This document shows positions 53,935 through 63,537 of a stretch of DNA of 64,000 bases, piece by piece. The stretch lies in the sequence record MT446388.1; one strand, written 5' to 3'. Below the pieces are notes generated by a model. The model saw only the letters and a list, made by a program, of their open reading frames with translations, was not told the origin of the DNA and did not search any database. The position numbers and the translations under genes are program-made. Source of the DNA: Escherichia virus TH10. Numbering within the stretch: the stretch's first letter is position 1; every line of letters begins with the position of its first letter.

Positions 53935-54127
53935 TTTTAACCTCTGAGTGATACCAAGTATTGCAAGCATTACATGCGTAAAGCTCTAAGTCATTTTTAT
54001 CTGGTTTATGAAAACAGTTTGCTCCACAGTGGCAACGAAACGGCTTTCCACCAACTGTCAGGATGAAGGATTGAACCTTTCCATCAGGAGTTCGTACAGC
54101 ATTTTTATTCTTGGCTTCTTTACTCAT
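53909..54127 (-). CDS. hypothetical zinc-ribbon protein (about 72 aa)
   Basis: CHCG..C..C..CNAC cysteine cluster; start uncertain (ORF track 53909..54262). Confidence 0.4.
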   Translation of the reverse strand: MSKEAKNKNAVRTPDGKVQSFILTVGGKPFRCHCGANCFHKPDKNDLELYACNACNTWYHSEVKNDNSVQTK

Positions 54128-54283
54128 TTGTGCTATTACCTGTGTCAGATTTAATATAAGACCTATCACTACGTCTTTTAATGAAATGTACAAAGCATTT
54201 TGGTGTATTTTTTGCATCTTTAATATGCAACCTTTCGAAACTGAGTACTGTGAAGATTGCATCTGTCATTGTTTGCTTAGATT

Positions 54284-54490
54284 TCATTTTCTCTTACCAC
54301 CAATTTCCACGTCGATAACCTGAACACCACTAGCAACATCAAACTTGTGAGTAATACTCTCCACAGTGTAAGTCCAACCATCAATGCGAACCCATTCACC
54401 CTCTCGTGGTACTATTGGGTTTTGTTGGGCCACGGTTGCAGTGGAATAAACAACATCGTAGCAGTAGATATAGTGTACTAAAACTTGCAT
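54284..54490 (-). CDS. hypothetical protein (about 68 aa)
   Basis: ORF track 54284..54589 trimmed to internal Met to avoid 90-nt overlap with the lipoprotein gene. Confidence 0.4.
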   Translation of the reverse strand: MQVLVHYIYCYDVVYSTATVAQQNPIVPREGEWVRIDGWTYTVESITHKFDVASGVQVIDVEIGGKRK

Positions 54491-54497
54491 ATTAGTC

Positions 54498-54758
54498 TCA
54501 TCCATCAATAACAGTAGTGTGTGATTGACCATTTTTGCCATATCTATAAGATGTTGTTGTTTGAGAGTTGGGGCATCTGACAACAACAATATCCCTGCTT
54601 ATAGCATCACCATTGAGTTTGTAGATTTTGCAGTCTTGCATCTCTGGAGGGAGGCTGTAAGAGGCATCTTTGTTTTCATAAGATGGGTTACAGCCAGCCA
54701 GAAAAATTACTCCAAGTGCAACCATTGCTTTCACACAACTCTTAACCTTATTGTTCAC
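54498..54758 (-). CDS. putative lipoprotein (86 aa)
   Basis: signal peptide with lipobox FLAGC then small Cys-containing domain. Confidence 0.65.
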   Translation of the reverse strand: MNNKVKSCVKAMVALGVIFLAGCNPSYENKDASYSLPPEMQDCKIYKLNGDAISRDIVVVRCPNSQTTTSYRYGKNGQSHTTVIDG

Positions 54759-54890
54759 GATAGTCTACCTCTCTGTATGTTTTTAAATAGTGAGTGATGA
54801 GTTCTGGTAATTCACTACGCTTAACGTTTGAACGAAGAAGTGTCCAGTCAAAACCTTTACCAACCCTTCCCCAGAGACTGTACATTTTCT

Positions 54891-55124
54891 TCATAGCAAC
54901 TCCAGAATATCAATACGTTCACCTTTGAGTACTCCAGTACGGTCTTTTGCAATCTTACCTTCAACAATAAGAATGTGTGCAGACCTTAAAGTGTCACTGT
55001 TAAAGGCTTTTACGAACTTGCTAGGCATCACTACAATACACATCTCCTGAATCAACTCTGGAGTATAGCAGTTGTCGTGAAGTTGCTGAATAACGTCTGC
55101 AAGTGTCATTTTTGATGTCTCCAA
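54891..55124 (-). CDS. hypothetical protein (77 aa)
   Basis: ORF. Confidence 0.45.
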   Translation of the reverse strand: METSKMTLADVIQQLHDNCYTPELIQEMCIVVMPSKFVKAFNSDTLRSAHILIVEGKIAKDRTGVLKGERIDILELL

Positions 55125-55315
55125 TACTCAATGTCAATAAGTTCTTGTGCAATGCTTTTCAGATTACCTTTCAAGAAAACCTTCTCAGAACCTGAAAGAG
55201 ATGAATTGTCAATTAACCTGCTCATTCTCTCAAACAACTTCTGCTTACGGTTCTTGATAGTCTCCTTTGAAGCACCTTTCATCATCGCTGCATGGGTTCT
55301 TCCACGGTGGCTCAT
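55106..55315 (-). CDS. hypothetical basic protein (69 aa)
   Basis: ORF. Confidence 0.45.
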   Translation of the reverse strand: MSHRGRTHAAMMKGASKETIKNRKQKLFERMSRLIDNSSLSGSEKVFLKGNLKSIAQELIDIEYWRHQK

Positions 55316-55366
55316 AAGCCCTCCTATATAAGATATAGTATAAGGTACTCTTCCATGAGCACCTTG

Positions 55367-55882
55367 TCAACTTAGTTTTGCAAACTCTCCGTGGAGTTTA
55401 ATAGCAGCTTCACAGTAAGCTTTATGGGCTTCTTCTTCCGTTGTGTATGTTCCTATATGTATAGTCTTGCCGTTATGGTTAATCTGGGCTATCCACTTAC
55501 CAGACTTGCTTCTACTTGTACCTTTTAAGTTTTTTGATGTTCTAGGTTGTCTCCTATTAGACATGTTCTGTTCTTTTGTGGCCTCTCTTAGATTGTCCCA
55601 AGCGTTATTCAAACCATCTCCATCTTTGTGGTCAATGTGTTTGTCAGGCCACTTACCTGTCATCCAGAACCAAGCAATTCGGTGATTACCTGTCCTGTAT
55701 CCTAAAATCTGTGTGTGCATATACACACCAGACCTTGTGCGCTTAATTGCTCCGGCTTGGCTTCCAATAACCACCCTACTACTATGTGGAGGTCTGCCAA
55801 TCCATGTTAAGACCCCTGTTTCGGGGTCATAATCTAACCAAGATTTTAACTGTTCATGTGTGAATCCACAATCTCTCATCAA
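55367..55882 (-). CDS. HNH homing endonuclease with AP2-like DNA-binding domain (171 aa)
   Basis: HIDHKDGDGLNNAWDNLREATKEQN (HNH) and SGKWIAQINHNGKTIHIGTYTTEEEAHKAY (AP2-like); directly downstream of DNA polymerase. Confidence 0.8.
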   Translation of the reverse strand: MMRDCGFTHEQLKSWLDYDPETGVLTWIGRPPHSSRVVIGSQAGAIKRTRSGVYMHTQILGYRTGNHRIAWFWMTGKWPDKHIDHKDGDGLNNAWDNLREATKEQNMSNRRQPRTSKNLKGTSRSKSGKWIAQINHNGKTIHIGTYTTEEEAHKAYCEAAIKLHGEFAKLS

Positions 55883-58608
55883 TGTACCTCATACCAGCTC
55901 TTACCAACCTTACCAGTACCAGTTACCAGTGTTTCTTTCTTAAGACCTAAGTTCTTAGAAGCTTGTCCATAATACCAGTCAGTAACCGCTTTCACCTCTG
56001 CCGTCATACTTTCTGGACATTCCCAACTCGTCTCATCGTGATATGCGCAGAGTAAACGAGCACCAATAGCTGGTTTGCGACCATTCAACTTCATCAAGCC
56101 TTCGTCAATCATACGACGACAAGCAAGGTTAATCGCCTCATTTTGAATCTGAGCCTCTGAACCCATCAAAAGATAGTTCAATAATTTGTGTGGAGATTTA
56201 CACCACAACCAAGCTCCAGCAACCTTTACAAAACCACCTTTAGAGATTGCAGCGGTCTTACCAAACACCTCTTCAAGTGCCTTTTTAGTTGCTTTGTAGT
56301 CAGCTTCCAAGTTATCTAATAGTTTCTTAATCTTTGGCAAACGCACAAAGTAAGTCTGTTTAGTTAATGCACCTTCCTGAGTAGTAGCTGCCTTAATAGT
56401 TTTAGCAAACTTCTCATCACCTGCACCGAACAGTAGTGCATAGATACCATTCTTAGCTTTCTTACGACCTTTGCTAATCTCATGAAGAAGATTCTCATCC
56501 TGAGTAGCTCGACAAGTCAAGATATCCTGCTCATCATTCAAGCTAAAGTAAATACTGTTCAGTGTATGTGCATCAGTCCCTGAATAGACAACGTACAGGT
56601 CATTCTCAGAGTCATAGCGAAGGTACTTATCAATCTCTGGGTTTAGGTACTCATCAAAATGTTTGCAGTAATAGCGTCCATCTTCTTGACGAATGAACTC
56701 AATCTCTTCTTTACCTTGCGTTACCGCTTTGGTGAAGTCTTTATCACCCATAAAGTTACAAAGAAGAACTAGCTGGGCTGAGTTCATATCTACAGATACT
56801 ACGTTGGTTCCCTCTTCACAAATCCACACTGCCCTCATTGGTTCCCCATAGACAGCAGCACCAGACGGTACGTTTACAATACCATATTGTGTCATACGTC
56901 CAGTTGAAGTACCAAACACCATTGCACCAGCACTAAGGCGACCATCAGGACGAATCTGGTTCAACCAACCTTTTTCATCATCCTTTGAGTTCTCAATAGT
57001 TCTGCGTCTGTGCATCAAAGTGTAGTATTTAGCAATCTTCTGTCCAAGCTCACCTTCAATCGTATCATAAGATGATTCAGTAAGTTTTGGTGAAGTACGG
57101 ATTAAGCAAGGCTCAAGCAAATCTGTGTATTTCTTCACAGACCAGTTATGCTCGATGTACTGTACACCTTCATGTTCAACATAACTCAAACCACACCGCT
57201 CAATCATTTCCTGCCACTTAGGATGCTTTGTAATCATCTTTTTATTGTCTTTGAAACGACAAACTTTGACAGGGCGACCATCTGAGTCTTTCTTGTAATT
57301 CCAGTCATCTGGAATCCAACCAACTGATTTCAAGTAGTCTTTAACAACTGCTACCTGAGTCATACGAGAAACTTCAAACTCAATTGGTGTATATGGTGCA
57401 TCAATCAATCCTGTGTAGCGACTTGACTCAAGTTCAAAGTGGTTAACAACATGGCTGTTATAGTACTTCACAGTTTTAACAGTTTTTACTGGCTTCCAGT
57501 CTTTGCATTTCTTACCAATCTTTGCATTCAACTCGTTGCAAATTGCACGGGCATCCTTCATTGCTACAAAGCCTTCCTTGTACTCTTCACCAGTTACAGA
57601 GTTGGTTGGTGTATAGCAATTTCTCTTTTCAATGTTAAAAATCTTTGTAGTTGGCTTACCAAATGGCTTGATTTCGTATGTCTGCATCTCACCGTTACGT
57701 ACCTGCTGACGATACTTTGTTTTAGGGTACTTGGTAATTCTCTTCAGTCCATCTGCATGACCGAATGTTTCAACATACTCATTCCAAGCTTTTGCAAACT
57801 CTTCTCCAGTGACTTTACCTTTGGTCTTAATAGTTGGAGGTAGATGTGGTTCAACCTCTGAAGCAAGCTCATTAGTCAACTTGTCAAGTTCCTTTACATG
57901 GAACTCCATAAGCTCTTTATCAGCTTTCCAGCCATTGATAGCTTGTTGACTCATCCAGAAAGATGTTTCTTTAGCTCGCATGTAGGTTTCATAAGTGTCT
58001 ATGCCACACTTCTTAAGCTTGAGATATTCATTATCAAGTGCCCGTTTAGTTTTGGCGTTAATACGGATATCTTCTACAACACGAGTGAAGATTTCTGCAT
58101 TCCACACACCCCAATGTTCAATCTCTGGTTTACGAACACCAACACGAGCACCCCATGCAGCCAAACCATGAGCACCTTTATAACCCTTTGGAGTTGGTCT
58201 ATCCATCCACTGAACACGAGACTGGATAAGAGAATCCTGAAAGAAATTACTCCACGGTTTACACTTTGGATTATCAAAGTTCCATAAATCAGGTGCAATG
58301 TGATTGAAAACCCACCAGTCATAACCGAGGCCGTTATGGATGCAAAGTCGTTTTGCCTTTAACGCAAACTCAACACCTTCACGTAAACCACCCTTGATGT
58401 ACTTAGTGTACTTGTGACCGAGGATAGGCTCATCTGTAAAGACCCATACAGGTGGCTCTTCATCGTCAGATTTATAGTCTGCGAAAGCCATTACGTGCAC
58501 TTTAGTGAACTCAAGGAGTAAACCATCAGTTTCTGTATCACCAACTAAATGTAAGTTTTTAAAATCTACGTTTTCCATTTTTACTCCCTCTAAAATCATT
58601 AACCTCAT
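55879..58608 (-). CDS. DNA polymerase, family A, with 3'-5' exonuclease domain
   Basis: exo I motif DTETDGL near N-terminus; polymerase motif C LLCAYHDE; 909 aa; start may be internal Met (MENVDF). Confidence 0.85.
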   Translation of the reverse strand: MRLMILEGVKMENVDFKNLHLVGDTETDGLLLEFTKVHVMAFADYKSDDEEPPVWVFTDEPILGHKYTKYIKGGLREGVEFALKAKRLCIHNGLGYDWWVFNHIAPDLWNFDNPKCKPWSNFFQDSLIQSRVQWMDRPTPKGYKGAHGLAAWGARVGVRKPEIEHWGVWNAEIFTRVVEDIRINAKTKRALDNEYLKLKKCGIDTYETYMRAKETSFWMSQQAINGWKADKELMEFHVKELDKLTNELASEVEPHLPPTIKTKGKVTGEEFAKAWNEYVETFGHADGLKRITKYPKTKYRQQVRNGEMQTYEIKPFGKPTTKIFNIEKRNCYTPTNSVTGEEYKEGFVAMKDARAICNELNAKIGKKCKDWKPVKTVKTVKYYNSHVVNHFELESSRYTGLIDAPYTPIEFEVSRMTQVAVVKDYLKSVGWIPDDWNYKKDSDGRPVKVCRFKDNKKMITKHPKWQEMIERCGLSYVEHEGVQYIEHNWSVKKYTDLLEPCLIRTSPKLTESSYDTIEGELGQKIAKYYTLMHRRRTIENSKDDEKGWLNQIRPDGRLSAGAMVFGTSTGRMTQYGIVNVPSGAAVYGEPMRAVWICEEGTNVVSVDMNSAQLVLLCNFMGDKDFTKAVTQGKEEIEFIRQEDGRYYCKHFDEYLNPEIDKYLRYDSENDLYVVYSGTDAHTLNSIYFSLNDEQDILTCRATQDENLLHEISKGRKKAKNGIYALLFGAGDEKFAKTIKAATTQEGALTKQTYFVRLPKIKKLLDNLEADYKATKKALEEVFGKTAAISKGGFVKVAGAWLWCKSPHKLLNYLLMGSEAQIQNEAINLACRRMIDEGLMKLNGRKPAIGARLLCAYHDETSWECPESMTAEVKAVTDWYYGQASKNLGLKKETLVTGTGKVGKSWYEVH

Positions 58609-58638
58609 ACATTACTGCAAAAAATTATAAAAAGCAAG

Positions 58639-58665
58639 TTGACAATGCACTTGACAAGGTGTTAA
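58639..58665. promoter_or_regulatory. conserved tandem TTGACA motif in divergent intergenic region
   Basis: TTGACAATGCACTTGACAAGGTGT; matches 15824-15852. Confidence 0.45.
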
Positions 58666-58835
58666 TCTTTGCGAAGTGGGTTTTTACTTAAAAGGTTACT
58701 TAACAGTTTAACTATACAGATACTTTAAAACTCTTAAAAGATTATTTAATAGCTTTTAAAAAGCTTTAAAGTATAACGTATAGAATACGTTAAGATAAAA
58801 GATTAAAACTTAATAGCTACTTAAAAGAGGCTTAC

Positions 58836-59258
58836 ATGCAGAAAATGTTTGTTCACCCAGACATAGCTGACTTTGTTAGAGCTTTGCAGAAGTTGGAAGA
58901 ACTTGACATTGCTGCTCAACGGGAATATGCTCACCATCACAGGAGAATGGTTGATATACAACATGAAATAGAGTTGTCTGAAGACTATGAAGATGACTTA
59001 AAATGCTCTGTATTTGAGCATATGAAAGATGTTGCTACAGCGAGACGTAAAGCTAAAGACACAGTTGCTTTACTAGATTCTCTTAAAAAGAGGTTGCAAA
59101 GTGGTACAGACCTGTGTAATCTAGCATCACTGATTAACGATGTTGAAACTTCTTGGGATAGGCACTATTATCCACGTTCTGAAAAGACACTTGACTTTTC
59201 TTCATCCGAAAACTTAAAATGTTCTAGAAAGAAACTTAACCAACTGAGAGAGAAATAA
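58836..59258 (+). CDS. hypothetical protein (140 aa)
   Basis: ORF. Confidence 0.55.
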   Translation: MQKMFVHPDIADFVRALQKLEELDIAAQREYAHHHRRMVDIQHEIELSEDYEDDLKCSVFEHMKDVATARRKAKDTVALLDSLKKRLQSGTDLCNLASLINDVETSWDRHYYPRSEKTLDFSSSENLKCSRKKLNQLREK

Positions 59259-59259
59259 T

Positions 59260-60072
59260 ATGAATATCGATGTAGAAAAGATGCTTGAAGAGAAAGGTGT
59301 TGATGAAGCATTCTTAATCAATGCTGTAGAAAGCATGGCTATGATTCTTCGTGGAAACAACTATACAGAACAGTTTATGCCAAAAAGCTATAACTTGCCT
59401 GAAGATAAAACTGATAACGGTGCTTTTGCAGAGCAGGTTAATATGATGCTGTGCGACAAAACACTTGCTTTAGCATCTATCGTTGTAGGTGTTGATGCTC
59501 TTGCAGAGTTCATTTTTTATGAAATGCAGAAAAATGACTATGTTGCCATGACCTCTGAAGAGAAAGACCTGCTACTACTCGCAGGTAATGATGAACTAAT
59601 TAACCTGTTAATTTCATCAACGAGTGCTGTAATGGCTGCTCTTGAGAAGCGCATGGAAGAGAAACTTTCACGATATGAAAAACTTGATTGGGGCGTAGAA
59701 GAATTAAACCCACGAATCAAAGAGATTATCCAGCAAACTAAAGAGTCTTTGGAAAAAGCTGTTGAAAATGACTCTGTAGCTGATATAGAACCACTTCAGG
59801 TGAAAGTTGCACTGATGATTCCAGCTATCTCTACGATGATGAATATCGTTGCACTAATCCAACTTTCACAGATGATGGGTGTGAGTGTTGAGTTCATTGA
59901 GGAGATGACTGGTGGCGTTAGTATGCAAGCAATCAATGATGTTCTTATGAGCATCGGTGCATCAATTATTGAAGAGAAACTACGCATCAACTTTGGTGAT
60001 GAGTTTGTGAAGCAAGTTGCAGAGATGGCTGAAAAAGAATCTTCTCAAGTGACTGCTAAACAATTGCACTAA
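59260..60072 (+). CDS. hypothetical protein (270 aa)
   Basis: ORF. Confidence 0.55.
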   Translation: MNIDVEKMLEEKGVDEAFLINAVESMAMILRGNNYTEQFMPKSYNLPEDKTDNGAFAEQVNMMLCDKTLALASIVVGVDALAEFIFYEMQKNDYVAMTSEEKDLLLLAGNDELINLLISSTSAVMAALEKRMEEKLSRYEKLDWGVEELNPRIKEIIQQTKESLEKAVENDSVADIEPLQVKVALMIPAISTMMNIVALIQLSQMMGVSVEFIEEMTGGVSMQAINDVLMSIGASIIEEKLRINFGDEFVKQVAEMAEKESSQVTAKQLH

Positions 60073-60089
60073 TCATTTATAAACTTACA

Positions 60090-60113
60090 AGCCTCCTTAG
60101 TTGGGGGCTTTTT
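60090..60113 (+). terminator. rho-independent terminator
   Basis: AGCCTCC-TTAGTT-GGGGGCT followed by TTTTT; inverse copy of 7525-7548. Confidence 0.6.
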
Positions 60114-60132
60114 AGTAATTGATGGAGATAAA

Positions 60133-60876
60133 ATGAGTAATATCATTGCATTTACTGGAAAGGCACGTTCTGGAAAGGACACCTCTTGTTCTATTGTGAA
60201 GGCTATTTTGGAAGATGAGTATGGTTACAATGTTGCAGTAATGGCCTTTGCAGATAACCTTAAGATATCTGCTTCCAAGATATTTGACCTTACTTGGAAT
60301 GACCTTTATGGTGAAACTAAAGAGACTCCACAAGTATTTGATTTATCATACCATGAACTTATGTTTAAAGTTGCGGAAGCTATGGAGTTCACCTTCAAAG
60401 ATGAGAGATACCATCTTGACTTTAAGCTTATGTCAGAATTAACCGGACGATTAATTATGGAGCTTAAAAAGGTTGCTAAACCAACTTTATTAACACGTCT
60501 GGGGTTTAGTAAAAAATATAAATTCTCATCAAGGCAAATCCAACAGATTTGGGGTACTGAAGTTATCCGTAAAGTTATGGGTGATAAATTCTGGTCTAAA
60601 GACCTTGAAAAAAGGATGGTTAACTTCTTTGACGCTTGTGCAATAAGATATCAAGATGGTGTTGTTTTAATCAGTGATTTGAGGTTTGACTCTGAAGCTG
60701 AGTGGCTTGGAAGATTTCCACACCAAACTATTGAAGTAAAAAGAGACAATGTGGATAAGATTTCGTCACATGTTTCAGAAAATGGTATTTCCACCAAATA
60801 TGAGCGTGACATTATTCATAATAATGGTACTCTTGCAGACCTTGAGAACAAGCTAAGAGCTATTCTGAAAATTTAA
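60133..60876 (+). CDS. deoxynucleoside monophosphate kinase (T4 gp1-like)
   Basis: N-terminal P-loop IIAFTGKARSGKDT resembles the T4 dNMP kinase N-terminus; about 247 aa. Confidence 0.7.
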   Translation: MSNIIAFTGKARSGKDTSCSIVKAILEDEYGYNVAVMAFADNLKISASKIFDLTWNDLYGETKETPQVFDLSYHELMFKVAEAMEFTFKDERYHLDFKLMSELTGRLIMELKKVAKPTLLTRLGFSKKYKFSSRQIQQIWGTEVIRKVMGDKFWSKDLEKRMVNFFDACAIRYQDGVVLISDLRFDSEAEWLGRFPHQTIEVKRDNVDKISSHVSENGISTKYERDIIHNNGTLADLENKLRAILKI

Positions 60877-60884
60877 AAGAGAGA

Positions 60885-61085
60885 ATGAAGATGAGAGTAA
60901 AAGATAATTTTAAAGTTATTGACCATCGTTTAGTGGAACTCTCATCTCTTTCCAATGAAGTGATGTTTGAACGTCTTAAAAGAGTTGAATCACGAAGGAA
61001 AGAGATTGCAGATGAGATTTATGAACTGGACAAGATTGAGAATGGTTTAAAAGCAGAACTACAACGAAGAGGTGCTAATGTCTAA
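60885..61085 (+). CDS. hypothetical coiled-coil protein (66 aa)
   Basis: ORF. Confidence 0.45.
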   Translation: MKMRVKDNFKVIDHRLVELSSLSNEVMFERLKRVESRRKEIADEIYELDKIENGLKAELQRRGANV

Positions 61086-63063
61086 AGGTCGTAAATTAAA
61101 AGAGGCTGGTCAGTTTGTAGGTCATTGTGCATGTCCACGTTGTGGTTCGTCAGATGCTGGTTCAATCTATCACCATGACGATGGCTCTTACTCAATGACT
61201 TGCTTTAGTTGTAACAAAGGTTTCCCAGAATGGGATTTTGATAAAGGACAAATCGTGAGCACTTATTCTACTGGTTCAGATAGCAAAAATCGTACATTCC
61301 GTGGGATGGATTTAGATGATGTAAAAGATAATCTTGAAGCTATGGACTTAAAAGACAGGAAGATTCCTGCAAAAGTCCTTGAGAGATTAGGTATCAAGGT
61401 TGATATTGATAGTGATGGTGAAATTGATGCACACTTCTATCCAACTTACAAACGTAATGAAGATGGAAAGCTAGAGCATGTTGGTTACCGTGTTCGTCAT
61501 CGTTACCCAGAAGACCACCCAAAAGAACACCTACGTGGTAAGTTAAAAGATTTTTCAGGTGGTGTTGGAGACATTAAAGGTGAACTGGCAATGTTTGGTT
61601 CATGGATTGCTCCAGAAGGTGGTAATCGCCTGTTCATCTGGGAAGGCGAGATGGAATGTGCTACAGCAATCTATATGACTTCTCTTGCGATTAAGGACAA
61701 ATCTCGTCGTAAGAATTACTGTCATGTGTCCGTTCCATCAGGTGCAAACATCAAGTCTATCAAAGATAATTATCAGTACATTACATCATTTGATGAAATT
61801 TACTTGTGCTTTGATAACGATGAAGCAGGTGCTAAAGCTACTAAGGAGGCTGCTGGTATCCTACCTATTGAGAAGGTTCGTTTATTCCAGTATCCAGAGG
61901 GTGTAAAAGACCTTAATGAATGGTGGACAAAGTTCTATAAAGAGAAAGATACAGTTCTGGAAGGATTTAAGCAGCGTATCTACAACGCACCTCGTTACTG
62001 CCCTGCTGGTATCAAGAACTTTGCAGACGGTTTTGAGGCAATGAAGAATCGTGGTCAGATTCCATTGATTCCTTTCCCAGAATCTTTCGGGGATTTGAAC
62101 AGACTGACTTATGGTGGCTACGGTTTAGGTGAGATTACAACTATTGCAGCACCATCTTCAGTAGGTAAGTCAGCTTACACTCGTGAGATGATTTACTCAG
62201 CTTGGAAAGAAACTGATTATAATATCGGTGTAATTCCTGTAGAAGATACCTATGAAGAGTTGATGGAGATGCTCTGTGCAATCCACCTGAGCAAGCAGAT
62301 TTCTGAGATTCCTTATGATGAACGGGATTGGGATGAATTAAAAGGAGCACACGCAGAACTATCTAAAGGCCGTCGTATCCATATCGTTGACCATCAAGGG
62401 GCAATTGACCAAGATAACCTGCTAGAGTTTGTTGACTATCTTGTTAACAGTTTAGACTGTAAGATTATCATTCTTGACCCTATCACGTTAGCCCTGTCAC
62501 GTTCTGATACGGATGAAGAGGAAGTTTTGTCTGAGCTATTGCGTCGTTGCAAACGCTACCAGTATGCACAGGTAAACGTCTGTCACGTTCGTAAGAGTGC
62601 AGGTGGTCAGAAAGCTAACTCTGAAGGTGGAGATATCTCTGAAGAGGATATTAAAGGCTCTGGTGCGTATTTCCAGATTTCTATGAACAACATTCTGTTA
62701 ATGCGTAACAAGGTTGACCCAGACCCTGTTAAGAAAAACTTGACAAAAATCAAGTTAACTAAATGTCGTCGTCATGGTAAGTCAACGGGTATTGCTGGTC
62801 ATACTTGGTACAATCCAGATACAGGACGTCTCATTAAAGCATCTGGTTGTGGAGTTGACATTGATGGTGCAGCAGAAAATATCCGTCAACAGTTTGGTAT
62901 TGGTGAGGCTGAAGACCATTACGATGACTCTTTGCCACATTATGAGGATGAAGTGTTTGACCGTGAGACTGGTGAAGTCTATACTGATGAGCAGCGTCAA
63001 AGTTCAACAATTCCACCAGTCGTAAGTGAGGATGCAGATGACTGCCCGTTCGAAACTGAGTGA
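61078..63063 (+). CDS. primase-helicase (T7 gp4-like)
   Basis: N-terminal zinc ribbon CACPRCGS..CFSCNKG, central TOPRIM-like region, C-terminal Walker A APSSVGKSA; ATG 61078 after AGAGG. Confidence 0.8.
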   Translation: MSKGRKLKEAGQFVGHCACPRCGSSDAGSIYHHDDGSYSMTCFSCNKGFPEWDFDKGQIVSTYSTGSDSKNRTFRGMDLDDVKDNLEAMDLKDRKIPAKVLERLGIKVDIDSDGEIDAHFYPTYKRNEDGKLEHVGYRVRHRYPEDHPKEHLRGKLKDFSGGVGDIKGELAMFGSWIAPEGGNRLFIWEGEMECATAIYMTSLAIKDKSRRKNYCHVSVPSGANIKSIKDNYQYITSFDEIYLCFDNDEAGAKATKEAAGILPIEKVRLFQYPEGVKDLNEWWTKFYKEKDTVLEGFKQRIYNAPRYCPAGIKNFADGFEAMKNRGQIPLIPFPESFGDLNRLTYGGYGLGEITTIAAPSSVGKSAYTREMIYSAWKETDYNIGVIPVEDTYEELMEMLCAIHLSKQISEIPYDERDWDELKGAHAELSKGRRIHIVDHQGAIDQDNLLEFVDYLVNSLDCKIIILDPITLALSRSDTDEEEVLSELLRRCKRYQYAQVNVCHVRKSAGGQKANSEGGDISEEDIKGSGAYFQISMNNILLMRNKVDPDPVKKNLTKIKLTKCRRHGKSTGIAGHTWYNPDTGRLIKASGCGVDIDGAAENIRQQFGIGEAEDHYDDSLPHYEDEVFDRETGEVYTDEQRQSSTIPPVVSEDADDCPFETE

Positions 63064-63133
63064 TAGCTATAAAAGAGAGGGGTTCATACCCTTCTTTGAA
63101 GAAAAAAGTTTAAATAAATTTCAGGAAGAGTGT

Positions 63134-63162
63134 TTGACAAAGGTTGATAGGTTCTATAGAAT
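63134..63162 (+). promoter_or_regulatory. sigma70-like promoter (TTGACA-17-TAGAAT)
   Basis: consensus hexamers. Confidence 0.5.
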
Positions 63163-63316
63163 GCTCTACATGAAATGTGATGGGGGTGTCGAAGTAGAGA
63201 AAAAGTCCTATCACAATACTGTCACAGTCATCATCACTATACCTGAACATAATATTGGTTGGCTGTTTGTAATAAAAGAAAATGTGTTTGAATATCAAGT
63301 ATATCGGAGAATATCA

Positions 63317-63457
63317 TGAAACACTCTAAAGCATTTGAAAAAGTTTTTGGGGATTCCTTAAAAGCCACTGCTGGAAAACCAGCAAAATACTATGAAGAGA
63401 AGCGTGTAAGAACTGGAAAAACTGCACGCAAAGCATCTTCTAAAGATAAGCACAACT
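63317..63457 (+). CDS. possible small basic protein (46 aa)
   Basis: GGAG RBS 8 nt upstream; not in ORF track (<60 aa). Confidence 0.35.
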
Positions 63458-63472
63458 TCCAGTAATTAATGT

Positions 63473-63501
63473 TTGACAATAGAGTATCAACAAATTAGAA
63501 T
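63473..63501 (+). promoter_or_regulatory. sigma70-like promoter (TTGACA-17-TAGAAT)
   Basis: consensus hexamers. Confidence 0.5.
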
Positions 63502-63537
63502 TGGTACTCTTCATAAATTGAGATAGAGGTTTAAATA

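Noticed and set aside
57439-58322. Plus-strand ORFs (57439..57843, 57898..58287) and minus ORF 58074..58322 inside the DNA polymerase gene
   Set aside because: They lie within or antisense to the polymerase frame, whose conserved motifs support it as the real gene.
55879-58608. Intein or intron interrupting the DNA polymerase
   Set aside because: The frame is continuous and the conserved motifs are present without an obvious insertion.
63026-63319. 97-aa ORF overlapping the primase-helicase 3' end
   Set aside because: It spans a consensus promoter (63134-63162) and overlaps the upstream gene by 38 nt; more likely non-coding, though not excluded.
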